In this document: positions 9,774-19,504 of the stretch, piece by piece
How positions within the stretch are numbered: the first letter of the stretch is position 1
How the letters are laid out: each line of letters begins with the position of its first letter
NCBI GenBank assembly: GCA_014239955.1
Contig: JAAZXW010000021.1
Span: 19,162 to 83,161, forward strand
Origin: Methanobacteriota archaeon
GTDB taxonomy: Archaea; Thermoplasmatota; Poseidoniia; Poseidoniales; Thalassarchaeaceae
DNA: 64,000 nucleotides
Reading direction: 5' to 3'
The notes under the pieces: generated by a model
The model's database searches: none
Seen by the model: only the letters and a program-made list of their open reading frames with translations
What the model was told of the DNA's origin: nothing
Program-made: the position numbers and the translations under genes

Positions 9774-10634
9774 TCAACTTGCATCCGAGATGATGTCGGA
9801 CTGTAGTTTGTGCAGCTTGGATATGCCTGCCTCTGCCGCATCGATTAGTGAATCCAGTTCCTTCCTGGAGTATGTTGCCTCCTCTCCCGTTCCCTGGACC
9901 TCAATGAAGTCTCCTGCACTGGTCATCACCACGTTCATATCCACATCCGCATTACTGTCCAGGATGTAATCCAAATCGGTCCAGACCTGCCCATCGACCA
10001 TTCCCACGCTGAGAGCGGCCACATCATTGGGCATCACTGACATCTCGTGGGAGTCCATCTCTTGCTGGCTGAGGGTTTCCTTCTTCGCCCCCTTTCTAAT
10101 CTCCTCCCGAGACAGTCTCTTTTCCTTCGGAAGGCACTCACCAGAGGAAATGAGCCTCCTCACAGCGAGCCTGAGTGCGATGTTTGCAGCCGTGATAGAT
10201 GCGCATCTGGTCCCTCCGTCAGCATTCAGAATGTCACAGTCCACAGTTAGGGCAATGGGGCCAAGATGATCAAGGTCTACTGCCCCCCTTAGCGATCTTG
10301 CCACCAGTCTCTCAATCTCCATAGTCCTACCCTTGGCCCCGCTGCGTTCCCTGCGGAATCGGGTATCGGTTGATCCTGGCAATAGAGAGTATTCGGCATG
10401 AACCCAGCCTCGATCTGAATCCCGTGGGAACCATCTTGGGAGTGATGGAGCCTTAGTGACGCATACCAGGACCTGGGTATTTCCCTGGTGGTAAAGCAGG
10501 GATGCGAGTGCATTGGGGGTGAAGTCTAGCTTGACCTCGATTTCCCTGATCTCATCGTTTTCTCTTTCGGTATTACCCACGCCTGTCTTCACCTTCGCCA
10601 TAACCATGCGAAACCAGTTCCCCGGATGAATCAT
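9774..10634 (-). CDS. rph: Ribonuclease PH, bacterial type (true start may be about 10601)
   Basis: GWVHAEYSLLP, GRTMEIERLVARSLR, DCDILNADGGTRCASIT, DLDY..DSNADVDMNVVM, EVQGTGE. Confidence 0.9.
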   Translation of the reverse strand: MIHPGNWFRMVMAKVKTGVGNTERENDEIREIEVKLDFTPNALASLLYHQGNTQVLVCVTKAPSLPRWFPRDSDRGWVHAEYSLLPGSTDTRFRRERSGAKGRTMEIERLVARSLRGAVDLDHLGPIALTVDCDILNADGGTRCASITAANIALRLAVRRLISSGECLPKEKRLSREEIRKGAKKETLSQQEMDSHEMSVMPNDVAALSVGMVDGQVWTDLDYILDSNADVDMNVVMTSAGDFIEVQGTGEEATYSRKELDSLIDAAEAGISKLHKLQSDIISDAS

Positions 10635-11188
10635 TCGCGTCGTGCATGAGGGGGCCGGAAGGAGTCCACGACCTCAGGGTTGGTCGTGATGTAGGGGCCA
10701 CCGATCAAGTCCACACAGTAGGGAACAGCAGCAAAAATTGAGTCCAGAATCTCCCGGATAGATCTTGGAGCACCTGGGAGGTTGATGATCAATGAGGAGC
10801 CCCTGACTCCAGCCGTCTGCCTCGAAAGCATCGCAGTGGGAACATACTGCATCGAAACGGCACGCATCTGTTCTCCGAAACCGGGTAACATCCGATCGCA
10901 AACTGACGCAGTTGCCTCGGGTGTTACGTCTCTTGGAGAGGGGCCTGTGCCACCAGTGGTCACAACTACTGAGCAGCCCTGATTATCGATTAGATCGGTG
11001 AGGGCACCCTCTATGATCTCCTTGTCATCGGCTACAAGCCTTCTAACAGCTTTCCACTGTGATGTCACGGCATCGCGGAGGAATGATTCGATGGCCGGTC
11101 CACCGATATCATCGTACTCTCCCGAGCTAGCCCTATCAGATGCAGTCAACACTCCGAAAAGACATGGTTCAGAATCGTCCATTGCCAA
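10631..11188 (-). CDS. mog: Molybdopterin adenylyltransferase
   Basis: LTASDRAS.GEYDD, TTGGTGPSPRDVTPEAT, PGFGEQMR, INLPG, VPYCVDLIGGPY. Confidence 0.92.
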   Translation of the reverse strand: MAMDDSEPCLFGVLTASDRASSGEYDDIGGPAIESFLRDAVTSQWKAVRRLVADDKEIIEGALTDLIDNQGCSVVVTTGGTGPSPRDVTPEATASVCDRMLPGFGEQMRAVSMQYVPTAMLSRQTAGVRGSSLIINLPGAPRSIREILDSIFAAVPYCVDLIGGPYITTNPEVVDSFRPPHARRE

Positions 11189-11416
11189 TCCGTAGAGGCA
11201 CCTAGAGAAAACGCCGTCGGTACCACTGGAATCTCATGGGCACGTTCAAAGACCGTCGATTTGAAGGGGCATCTCCGGAGGTAATGAGGTGCCGAGTCTT
11301 CCCCAACACGCACTGACAATCGTTTCCCTAGCAACGTCTTGTCTGGTGCATTTCTGGCCAAATGAATCGTTGGTTGAAATAGTCTCGTCACCCAATCTCT
11401 GACAAGAGTGATAGAC

Positions 11417-13108
11417 ATGAGTGACCAGACGACGTATGCAAACCAGATCGCAGTAGTGAAGCAAGAGTGCCCGGATGCCGATGAAGGAGAGATAGGCAAG
11501 GAGTTCGCGAGGTATGAGAAGGATTTCCTAATTCCTCCAGAGGATGCTTTGAGGTCCGTAATCAGGAAGTTCCAGGCGGCCGCTGGAGTAGAAATCACGG
11601 CCAATACTTCCACGCCCGTGCGCGAGGAGAAAAAGGTCCAGAGATTCTCGGAGTTAGGAGCTGATGACAGGAATGTGGCAATCGAGGTTGCGGTGGTTTC
11701 GTACACACCTAGAACTCAGATGGTGAGAGGGGAGGAGAAACAGATAGCTTTCGGTTGGATCGAGGACAATCCATGGGAAGCGAGTTCAGAGAGAGTTAGG
11801 TGGGACTACAAGGACTGGGGTAACAAGGGCGAGACCATGATTCCGGGCTCTGTGGTCCGACTAGAAGGGGCCTCGGTTAACGAATGGAATGACAAGCGAT
11901 CTATCAACGTCAACAGAACCACCAGAGTTACTGTCCTGAAGGAAGGAGGTGGTTCTGCCCCTCCGACCGGAAATGAGCCACTGAGTATCGATAGGGCCTC
12001 TGAAGTGGATGGATTCGTCAATGTAGTCGGGAGAGTTCTATCTGCCAAGCCTGATGTCATCGTAAGGAAAGACGGAAGTGGTGAGATCCCAATAGTTAGG
12101 GGGAAGATTTCTGATTCTTCAGGCAGTATCGGTTTCCTGTCTTGGAAGGATTTCGAGCATGAAGTAGGGTCGTTGGTGAAGATTGTAGGGGCTTCTGTCA
12201 GGAAGTTCCGTGAAACTCCGGAAATTCAAATCAACGATGGTACTGTGATTGAAACGTATCACGATACAGCATTCCCAGATGTTAGTGAATTAGTTGAGTC
12301 GGAGAAGGTGAGTATTGCCGATCTAAGGAATGGGATGAGGGAAATCACGATTACCTTACAGGTTGAGAGTTGGGCCCAGAGGACGTTCGAAAGTCAGGAT
12401 GGCAGTTCCAAAACCGTGAGAAGTGGTGACGTAATGGATCCTACTGGAAGATGTAGGCTCACAGCTTGGTGTGAATTTGACCCAAAACCAGGAGATTCCA
12501 TTAGGATTGAAGGTGGAAGGGTGCAATTTTGGCAGGGCTCTCCGGATTTGGTAATCGATAACCTCGACCAGGTCTCAAGTCTTTCGGATGCCCCGTGGGA
12601 AAAGATAGATCCAGAGAATCACTGGGTCGAGGTCGATTTGACAAGTGTTACACAAGGAGGTTCACGTAGGGGGATTTCAACGGCCGGAACGATTGTAGCG
12701 ATAAACAGTGGTTCGGGGATAATAGAGAGGTGCCCGGATTGCAGAAGGATGCTAAGGGATGGTTCTTGCTCAGAACATGGGCCTCAGAGGGGAGAAGAAG
12801 ATTTGCGTCTCCGCTTTGTATTAGATAATGGAGTTGCAAATGCAAACTTATTCCTCGGCAAGGAACCCGCAGAGGAATTCCTCGGAATGAGTATGGAAGA
12901 AGTCAAGAGTGAGATATCTAGCATTGGTAGGGAGGTTTTCGTTTCCAATCTGAAGAGTCGAGTTCTAGCTCGAAAGATGTTAGTGCATGGGAGATGCTCG
13001 GTTGATGGCCAAGGGGCGATGTTGTTTGCCGATAGGGTTGAGATAGTGGATCCGAAGCCGGCAGAAGAGGCCAAAGAAGTGATGGAAAGATGGGAGGTGG
13101 TACTTTGA
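11417..13108 (+). CDS. rpa: Replication protein A (multi-OB-fold ssDNA-binding protein with zinc finger)
   Basis: Repeated OB-fold cores (ISDSSGSIGF, VMDPTGRCRLTAW) and IERCPDCRR..CSEHG..DLRLRFVLDNG; start at ATG 11417. Confidence 0.85.
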   Translation: MSDQTTYANQIAVVKQECPDADEGEIGKEFARYEKDFLIPPEDALRSVIRKFQAAAGVEITANTSTPVREEKKVQRFSELGADDRNVAIEVAVVSYTPRTQMVRGEEKQIAFGWIEDNPWEASSERVRWDYKDWGNKGETMIPGSVVRLEGASVNEWNDKRSINVNRTTRVTVLKEGGGSAPPTGNEPLSIDRASEVDGFVNVVGRVLSAKPDVIVRKDGSGEIPIVRGKISDSSGSIGFLSWKDFEHEVGSLVKIVGASVRKFRETPEIQINDGTVIETYHDTAFPDVSELVESEKVSIADLRNGMREITITLQVESWAQRTFESQDGSSKTVRSGDVMDPTGRCRLTAWCEFDPKPGDSIRIEGGRVQFWQGSPDLVIDNLDQVSSLSDAPWEKIDPENHWVEVDLTSVTQGGSRRGISTAGTIVAINSGSGIIERCPDCRRMLRDGSCSEHGPQRGEEDLRLRFVLDNGVANANLFLGKEPAEEFLGMSMEEVKSEISSIGREVFVSNLKSRVLARKMLVHGRCSVDGQGAMLFADRVEIVDPKPAEEAKEVMERWEVVL

Positions 13109-14031
13109 TGTCTGAATCCGGGAGTCGAAGAGGGAGGCAGAGTGCGATTCGCATTTTTGCTCAGGAATACTCGGAGTCGTCACTGATTGAGAGGGGGGTT
13201 GGTGAATACGACCCTAGTTTCGTTATCACCAAGTTAGGAGCCAAGGTGAATCGATGCCTAGTCTGCGGGGGACTGGAGAGGATGGAGAGAAGAGATGGTG
13301 ACTCTGGACCTTTCTATCGAGGTCAGATCAGGGACCCTTCGGGCACCCATTACTTCGATGTGGCCCCTTTCCAGCCTGAACTTCATCCTGATGCAGAGGA
13401 GTTGCTAGCCAGATTCGAGACGGGGGACTCAATTCTTGTCTCCATAGTAGGTAGACAGAAGGCAAACGAGTCGGAGGATGGTGGAATTTTCACCTCAATA
13501 CGGGCCGAAAGTTTCACTGAAATAGATCTCGAAGCCTACAAGTCATGGATGGTGGAGGCTGCTGATGCCACCCTAAGAAGACTCGATGCCTATTCTGCAT
13601 CCCAAGGGGTGGAGTTGACTAAGGAGAGTTTCAGGGACGCAGGAATTCCGGATGATCTATTGACTGGATTGATGAAGTCTCGAGAACATTACTCTGAGTT
13701 TGATACCGAGGCCTACAAGGTATGGATTCTCAAAGCATTTTCAAGGGCCCTTGGGAGGGCAGAGGAATCATTGGAAGTGACCATTGGTAATGTTTCGGAA
13801 CCAGAAGAGGGAACGCCGAAACAGGCAACTGATAGCGCTGATCCAAGAGACGTAATCTTAGGAATACTAGCCTCAAATGGGGAGGATCTAGTGGAATACG
13901 ACGCTCTTGTTGGGGCTTGCATTTCTGCTGGTTCATCAAGAGAGGAGGCGGAGGACACTATAGAGAACCTCAAGGACGTCAGTATGGAAATCTCTGAACC
14001 GCGTTTCGGTTTCTTCTCGGTTTCCTCGTGA
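13108..14031 (+). CDS. RPA-associated protein (RPA32-like OB fold plus C-terminal winged helix)
   Basis: RQSAIRIFAQE, PSFVITKLGAKVNR, IRDPSG, FQPE; translationally coupled to rpa through a TGATG overlap. Confidence 0.8.
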   Translation: MSESGSRRGRQSAIRIFAQEYSESSLIERGVGEYDPSFVITKLGAKVNRCLVCGGLERMERRDGDSGPFYRGQIRDPSGTHYFDVAPFQPELHPDAEELLARFETGDSILVSIVGRQKANESEDGGIFTSIRAESFTEIDLEAYKSWMVEAADATLRRLDAYSASQGVELTKESFRDAGIPDDLLTGLMKSREHYSEFDTEAYKVWILKAFSRALGRAEESLEVTIGNVSEPEEGTPKQATDSADPRDVILGILASNGEDLVEYDALVGACISAGSSREEAEDTIENLKDVSMEISEPRFGFFSVSS

Positions 14032-14039
14032 TTTTTTTC

Positions 14040-14984
14040 CTAGTCATTTTTAGAATCTAGTGAAGATAATTTCGATCTGACCCTATTGATTGTGGTCTCC
14101 GAGTCTTCCACTAGTGGGTTAGATCCATCACCCGATACCAGTGCTGCTCCCTTGACCTCAGCAATGTTAGTCGCTACCATGATTACTCTGTGTCTGATGA
14201 ATTGTTCATTGATAGGCCACCCTCTCCTATCTGCCAAGCGCAGAAGAAGGTCCTTCTCCGACTCACCCCAAGATCCCCCATGGCCTCGAAGAATGGTACC
14301 CACCATTCTCTCCAAGTCACCCACCCTTGCATGGATGGTCAGGAGGTCCCCCTGCACTTGGCTAGGTTGGTTGTCCAATCCGATCAATAACGAGTCGCTG
14401 GCATCCTCAAGCAAGGCTTCCGCCGGAGCTGCATGGAAAAGCTCACTCACTCTCTCGGGAATTGTTGCCTCGACCACCTTGACTTCTGATTCGAGACTCT
14501 GGGGCAACGGAGATTGGAGGCCGTTCCTCCTCAGACTACGCTTGATTCTCCCCCAGCCATTCATCTGACTTGTCAGCACTCCAGCCACCCTCCCCATCAG
14601 TACGGTTCTATTGCCAGTCAGATCCAACTCTAGTTTCTTGGACATCTCATGTAAGTCATCCCTGTTCATCTCGGCCAGATTCTCGATGGTCATCCTCCTT
14701 GAGTCGTAATTCAAATGCAACCATAGTCGTTGCCTCCTCTCCTTGTGAGAGCCCGAGGACTTGATTCCGAAAATCTTCAGGACGTCCCCCATCTCCTTGT
14801 GAGACATCGCTTGGATTCCTTCCCATGACAGATCCAAATCAGAGAGGACCTGGCTGCTGATCAAACGTGCTCGGAGAACCTCTACTGAGCCGGACTTGGA
14901 AATTCCTGAACTCTCCGCCCTCTGCCTCAGATTCTGAAGACGCTCGGTGAATAACGAGTTCAGCAAATTCGAGTCAACCCTCAT
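14040..14984 (-). CDS. Protein with three tandem SAP-like domains
   Basis: LQNLRQRAESSGISKSGSVEVLRARL, MSHKEMGDVLKIFGIKSSGSHKERRQRL and MNRDDLHEMSKKLELDLTGNRTVLMGRV match the SAP consensus; start at ATG 14984. Confidence 0.6.
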   Translation of the reverse strand: MRVDSNLLNSLFTERLQNLRQRAESSGISKSGSVEVLRARLISSQVLSDLDLSWEGIQAMSHKEMGDVLKIFGIKSSGSHKERRQRLWLHLNYDSRRMTIENLAEMNRDDLHEMSKKLELDLTGNRTVLMGRVAGVLTSQMNGWGRIKRSLRRNGLQSPLPQSLESEVKVVEATIPERVSELFHAAPAEALLEDASDSLLIGLDNQPSQVQGDLLTIHARVGDLERMVGTILRGHGGSWGESEKDLLLRLADRRGWPINEQFIRHRVIMVATNIAEVKGAALVSGDGSNPLVEDSETTINRVRSKLSSLDSKND

Positions 14985-15081
14985 GATTACAATCACCCCT
15001 CGTGAGGGTTCCTTAGTTATCGATTGCCCTGAACTAGACATGAAAATGCGGGTTTGAGTTGTGCTCGATAGTGGCGACTGA

Positions 15082-16146
15082 CTACTCGGGAATGAAAGGG
15101 GGTGCTTCATCGTCAGTGGGATGATCCCGGGGGACATCTCGAGTGGATTCGGTGACCAAGACCCTCCAGTCCATCAGAAGCGCGATTACGGCCCTCTGGT
15201 ACTCGCTCATGGCTACCAGCCTCTCTAATGATAGCGTTCTCCTCCCATCTTGAGAAATGGTTTCGATTCGTATCTCGACCCTGACTTCGTCATGGTATAT
15301 TTCTCCGTCTGGATCATGGCAGGATTGCTCCAAGACCAAATCGCGATTCGCCTCTGCCTGCCTGAGGATCGCCCCTACCTGCCTATGTCTCACTTCCAGG
15401 CCTACGAAATCGTGAATTGAGGGGTCAAAGTCTCCCATTATCCTGCTCTGTACCCATAGTACGGTATTGCCTTCTGATTCAGTGAGAATTGCAGCTAGGC
15501 GATTCGGGAACCCCACTCGAGAAACTACGGCGATTAGGTCGGAATATGGACTGGGTAAGAAGTGAGGTGCGCCTCTCTCCTTCGGTTGGGGCATTAGCGT
15601 GTGCCTCCTCTCGGTCTGCCCTGACCCATCGTATTCGGATCTGGAAATCACGAAGCCGTCGATTTCTCCTCCCTCCAGTAGTTCGGCCAACTTTCTTGGG
15701 AGGTCTCTGGGATCGGCAGGGAGTTTGAATCCATGGACAATGCCTCCCAATTTTTCAGAGGAGACTGCCTGCAAGTCTGGACGGGCTCTGAGCAGCTGTC
15801 TACGGACCAATCCCGAATCGGAGACGATTATTGCGGACTTTGGCTGGTACATCAGACGATCTGGAGAAACTAGAACCAGACTTGGCCTCCTAGGGGTCCT
15901 GGCTCCGATAACCTGGCACCCCTTAGCTGAAATCTCCCCCTCCCTTCCGAAGATTTCAGTCGCTGGGATTGCAAAGAGATCGAGGTTGCCCTCGGAAAGA
16001 GACTCAATACCTGACTCGAAATCCTGAACTGAAGTAACAGAGTGCTCGAGCCCTTCAACCTCCATAGTTTCGAAGTGAGCGGAGACCTGCGATGATACTT
16101 GGCAAGAAGGCGAATTCAGAGTTCCCACAACTATCCTGTTTTCCAT
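15082..16146 (-). CDS. Porphobilinogen deaminase (HemC)-like protein lacking catalytic residues
   Basis: Colinear with HemC (RIVVGT.NSP, LSEGNLDL, RRQLLRARPDL, GEIDGFVI, FLPSP), but HSxKD, SSLRR, RGN and GGC are absent; start 16146 or 16185. Confidence 0.6.
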   Translation of the reverse strand: MENRIVVGTLNSPSCQVSSQVSAHFETMEVEGLEHSVTSVQDFESGIESLSEGNLDLFAIPATEIFGREGEISAKGCQVIGARTPRRPSLVLVSPDRLMYQPKSAIIVSDSGLVRRQLLRARPDLQAVSSEKLGGIVHGFKLPADPRDLPRKLAELLEGGEIDGFVISRSEYDGSGQTERRHTLMPQPKERGAPHFLPSPYSDLIAVVSRVGFPNRLAAILTESEGNTVLWVQSRIMGDFDPSIHDFVGLEVRHRQVGAILRQAEANRDLVLEQSCHDPDGEIYHDEVRVEIRIETISQDGRRTLSLERLVAMSEYQRAVIALLMDWRVLVTESTRDVPRDHPTDDEAPPFIPE

Positions 16147-16237
16147 CGCATCCACCTCAAGGGAGGGGGCACGCCTCGTACCCATTCTGAGCGGCGTGCG
16201 CACCCGTTGATATATGCGACCCATAGGCTGAGACAAC

Positions 16238-17221
16238 ATGGAAGCGGAGAATATCGAGTCAATGACGCTAGATTCGGTCAAGAACTTCGTCGAGGAGGCC
16301 ATCGAAGATTTAGTTCTCGAGAAAATTAGCTCCCCTCTCGATCGTCCGGTGATGTCAATTGCTAGGGACGTCCTCCTCGGGGGTGGAAAGAGATACCGCC
16401 CCATACTAGCTATCCTGGCTTACAAAGCTGCAGGGGGAAAGGATCACAGAGAGGTACTAGATCTCGCTTTGTCTTCAGAGTTAATACACACAGCAACCCT
16501 GGTTCACGACGACGTATACGACCAGTCAAAAATGAGGCGGGGTAAACCGACTATCCACACCACTCACGGAATCTCGCATGCAATTATCTCGGGAGACTAC
16601 CTATTCGCACTGGGTTTCGAATTCGGGGCCAAATACGACGAAAGAGTGACTGGCAAGGTAAGGGACAAATGCGCAGGGATAGCATCTGGAGAGATTCGAC
16701 AGTTCGAGCACATCCATGACCTCAATACCAGTCCAGAAGACTACTACGAGATTATCGATGGGAAGACAGCGGGGCCCTTCGCCTATGGGTGTTCGTCCGC
16801 TGCAATGATTGCAGGATCAAATGAGGAAATATTCAATGCATTGGAGAGTTACGGTATGGAACTGGGCAGGGCCTTCCAACTTGTGGATGACATTCTTGAC
16901 TTGATCGGGGATGACCTCATCGGCAAACCTCGGGGAACGGATGTCCACGAAGGGAAGATGACGCTGCCGATCATCTACGCACTCACAATGCTGCATGGAA
17001 CCGATAGAGAACACCTCAAGGATGTCCTAACCAACTTCGGGGATGATCGGCTGCATGAGTTGGTCGAACTCCTTGAACGGGCGGGTTCATTCGAATATGG
17101 GAAATTACTGGTTTCCAACCATGTCGAAAGAGCACTGGCCCATATCGAAACACTACCCGCGTCAGATGAGAAGGACTTACTGAGGGAGATCGCAATGATC
17201 TCGGAGTCCAGAACAAACTAA
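16238..17221 (+). CDS. idsA: Polyprenyl diphosphate synthase (probable GGPP synthase)
   Basis: GGKRYRP, LVHDDVYD (first Asp-rich motif), RRGKP, GKTA, FQLVDDILD (second Asp-rich motif), GKMTLP. Confidence 0.9.
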   Translation: MEAENIESMTLDSVKNFVEEAIEDLVLEKISSPLDRPVMSIARDVLLGGGKRYRPILAILAYKAAGGKDHREVLDLALSSELIHTATLVHDDVYDQSKMRRGKPTIHTTHGISHAIISGDYLFALGFEFGAKYDERVTGKVRDKCAGIASGEIRQFEHIHDLNTSPEDYYEIIDGKTAGPFAYGCSSAAMIAGSNEEIFNALESYGMELGRAFQLVDDILDLIGDDLIGKPRGTDVHEGKMTLPIIYALTMLHGTDREHLKDVLTNFGDDRLHELVELLERAGSFEYGKLLVSNHVERALAHIETLPASDEKDLLREIAMISESRTN

Positions 17222-17235
17222 CGGAGGAACTTCCC

Positions 17236-18336
17236 TTGGCCGAGGAGGAGTACTGGGATGCGATAATCATCGGAGGGGGCCCTGCAGGCAGTACTGTTGC
17301 AAGATATGCTGCAGAAGGGGGGTTGAGTGTCTTAGTTATTGATGCGAGAGATCCCATCGGTTCGCCACTACAATGCGGAGAATTGGTGCCAACTAACGAG
17401 GAGATGAAGAGACTGTGTCCGAATGTTCCAGAAATGGACGATTTGTTCAGAACTCCCGAGAATGCAATCTCTAACACCTCCAAGAAGATGAGGGTCGTCA
17501 AGCCAAATGGAATGGGGATGGAATTCGATTTTGAGGGGTTGGTTCTAGACAGAGTCGCGCATGATGAGGCTTTGGTCAAGCTTGCTGCCTCAAAGGGTGC
17601 AGAGTATCTCCTAGGAAACCGCGTCAAGCGTGTCGAGGAAGATTCAGTTTTACTATCCAATGGTGTGAAATTGAGAGGTAGGGTGATAGTTGGGGCTGGT
17701 GGGCACAATGACCCAATAAGAAAGCGATACTGGAGTGAGAAGTCTCTGAATATCCCGGTCAAATTCGCCCTAAAGGATGGAAATCATTCCGATGCTCTGG
17801 AGTTGCACTTCGGCTCTGTGGCACCGGGCGGATATGCCTGGATCTTCCCCAAAGAATCAGGCTCTAATATTGGCTTGGGGATACAGAGGGGGGCGTCCAA
17901 GGGAAAGAGTCTGGAGGTTTACGCAAACCATTTCATTGACCGCTTCGAAGGAGCGGAGACATTCAGAGGAGCCGGATATCTGCCGATGTCAGGCACTATC
18001 CGTTCATTTGTCAAAGGAAAATACATGCTAGTCGGAGACTCTGCAGGGATGGTCCTGCCATCAAACGGAGCAGGCATCACTATCGCCATGATAGGGGGCA
18101 GAATTGCAGGAGAAGTGATTTCTGAGCACATCAATGACGGCTTGGATCTGAAGGAATATGAGAAGAGATGGAAAATCCAGATGGGGAGTGTGATGCGGAA
18201 CTCAAAGAGAGCTTTTCGCATTGGGAACCTGATGTTCAGATTTCCCGATTGGGTTCTGAATATTGCATTAAATCGCCTGACAAAGGGGATGATTTGGAGG
18301 GCCGTGACCTGTCGAAGAGTCTTCTGGCTATTCTAA
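17236..18336 (+). CDS. Geranylgeranyl reductase family (digeranylgeranylglycerophospholipid reductase-like)
   Basis: GGGPAGS, QCGE, APGGYAWIFPK, LVGDSAG, GAGITIAM; downstream of the prenyl synthase. Confidence 0.85.
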   Translation: MAEEEYWDAIIIGGGPAGSTVARYAAEGGLSVLVIDARDPIGSPLQCGELVPTNEEMKRLCPNVPEMDDLFRTPENAISNTSKKMRVVKPNGMGMEFDFEGLVLDRVAHDEALVKLAASKGAEYLLGNRVKRVEEDSVLLSNGVKLRGRVIVGAGGHNDPIRKRYWSEKSLNIPVKFALKDGNHSDALELHFGSVAPGGYAWIFPKESGSNIGLGIQRGASKGKSLEVYANHFIDRFEGAETFRGAGYLPMSGTIRSFVKGKYMLVGDSAGMVLPSNGAGITIAMIGGRIAGEVISEHINDGLDLKEYEKRWKIQMGSVMRNSKRAFRIGNLMFRFPDWVLNIALNRLTKGMIWRAVTCRRVFWLF

Positions 18337-19040
18337 GGCGCGCGAGCGGACCATATTGTTGCCATTCCTGGGAAAATCACTCTGGCTCTGACATCGACGA
18401 ACCCGACCTCCTTCAACATCGAGACATAATCCCTAGTTGTTCCGAATTCAGAGTAAGTCTTGGTGAGCCACTTCCATGGGTGGTCTCTCTGGCCGCATAC
18501 AACCCTGGCGTATGCACCCACCCAGACCCTCATCCACAGAATCCCTAGGAAACCGTGGACTCGGTTAATCTTCGCTGGGTCTACAATGATGATTTTGGAA
18601 CCGGGCCGGAGGACCCTCAGAGACTCAGAGAGTCCGGTTTTCTTGTCATACCAGTCCCTGAATGAGAACAATGAGCACAGTGCATCGAAGGAATCGTCCT
18701 CGAAGGGGAGTTCTTCGGCGGTGCCCTCGACGAAAATTGCCGGATCATCCCCTCTTTCCTTTCGTGACGTGTTTACTCTTTCCTCTGCTGCAGCTAGCAT
18801 CTCTGGGATTGGATCGAGGCAAACTAGTTCTCTGCCAACGACGTCCTCGGCGAAGCTTCCGGGCCCGCATCCCACTTCCAAGACCTTGCCGTCGGGCAGC
18901 ATTTCCCTCACCATTCGACGCCATCTAGAGACCTGGCCCAGAGTAGCGAAGCGATTGATTCGGTCATAGACGGGAATGGTGGCTAATAGATTTCTCTGGA
19001 GTTCCCCCCAATCCTCGGCACCCATTCCATGTGCGTCCAT
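18333..19040 (-). CDS. Class I SAM-dependent methyltransferase (UbiE/MenG-like)
   Basis: YDRINR, VLEVGCGPG, AEELPFEDDSFD, RVLRPG. Confidence 0.8.
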   Translation of the reverse strand: MDAHGMGAEDWGELQRNLLATIPVYDRINRFATLGQVSRWRRMVREMLPDGKVLEVGCGPGSFAEDVVGRELVCLDPIPEMLAAAEERVNTSRKERGDDPAIFVEGTAEELPFEDDSFDALCSLFSFRDWYDKKTGLSESLRVLRPGSKIIIVDPAKINRVHGFLGILWMRVWVGAYARVVCGQRDHPWKWLTKTYSEFGTTRDYVSMLKEVGFVDVRARVIFPGMATIWSARAP

Positions 19041-19172
19041 GGCCCCACCTCAGAGATGGCCATATTTGGAAGGTTCCCGAGAGGGTGCGTGAGCGGAGTC
19101 AAACTAGTGTAATGCGCGAGGTTATCATCATAAACTCCTCAACTGTCGCCAATGCACCGTAGGTGTATGGAA

Positions 19173-19487
19173 ATGGGACGAGAAGAGGTTCTACGAGCAA
19201 TAAGACAAGCCGAGAGTGAGGCAAAGGAAACAATAGCCAATGCAGAGTCAAAGGCCTCAGAGATTGTTGCCAAGGCAAGACTGGCAGCCACGGAGATTAT
19301 GCAAGCCGGAAGAACAGACTCGGAAACCAATACTCAAACTATGATTTCGGAAGCGAGGAGTGCGGCCGAGAGCGAGGCGCAGGAAGTCTCCAAAGAAGGA
19401 GACTCGACAATCGGTTCGATTCATGATGGCGGAGAGGGAAGTAGAGAAGTAGCAGTGAACGTGGTTCTTGATGCCTTCAAGTCCTGA
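19173..19487 (+). CDS. atpH: A-type ATP synthase subunit H
   Basis: EVLRAIRQAESEA coiled coil; first gene of the operon; GGTG Shine-Dalgarno upstream. Confidence 0.75.
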   Translation: MGREEVLRAIRQAESEAKETIANAESKASEIVAKARLAATEIMQAGRTDSETNTQTMISEARSAAESEAQEVSKEGDSTIGSIHDGGEGSREVAVNVVLDAFKS

Positions 19488-19504
19488 AATTCTAGAGGAA
19501 TTAG

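Noticed and set aside
9589-9800. Integrated element at tRNA-Phe (or at tRNA-Gly, 39353-39427)
   Set aside because: No integrase and no duplicated tRNA 3' end seen in the window.
11146-11706. 186-aa minus-strand ORF, or a Moco riboswitch upstream of mog
   Set aside because: The ORF is antisense to rpa and featureless; the leader does not match the Moco RNA consensus as I recall it.
17016-17762. Long antisense ORFs (also 30564-31169, 62649-63230, 2868-3398)
   Set aside because: Shadows of well-supported genes on the opposite strand.
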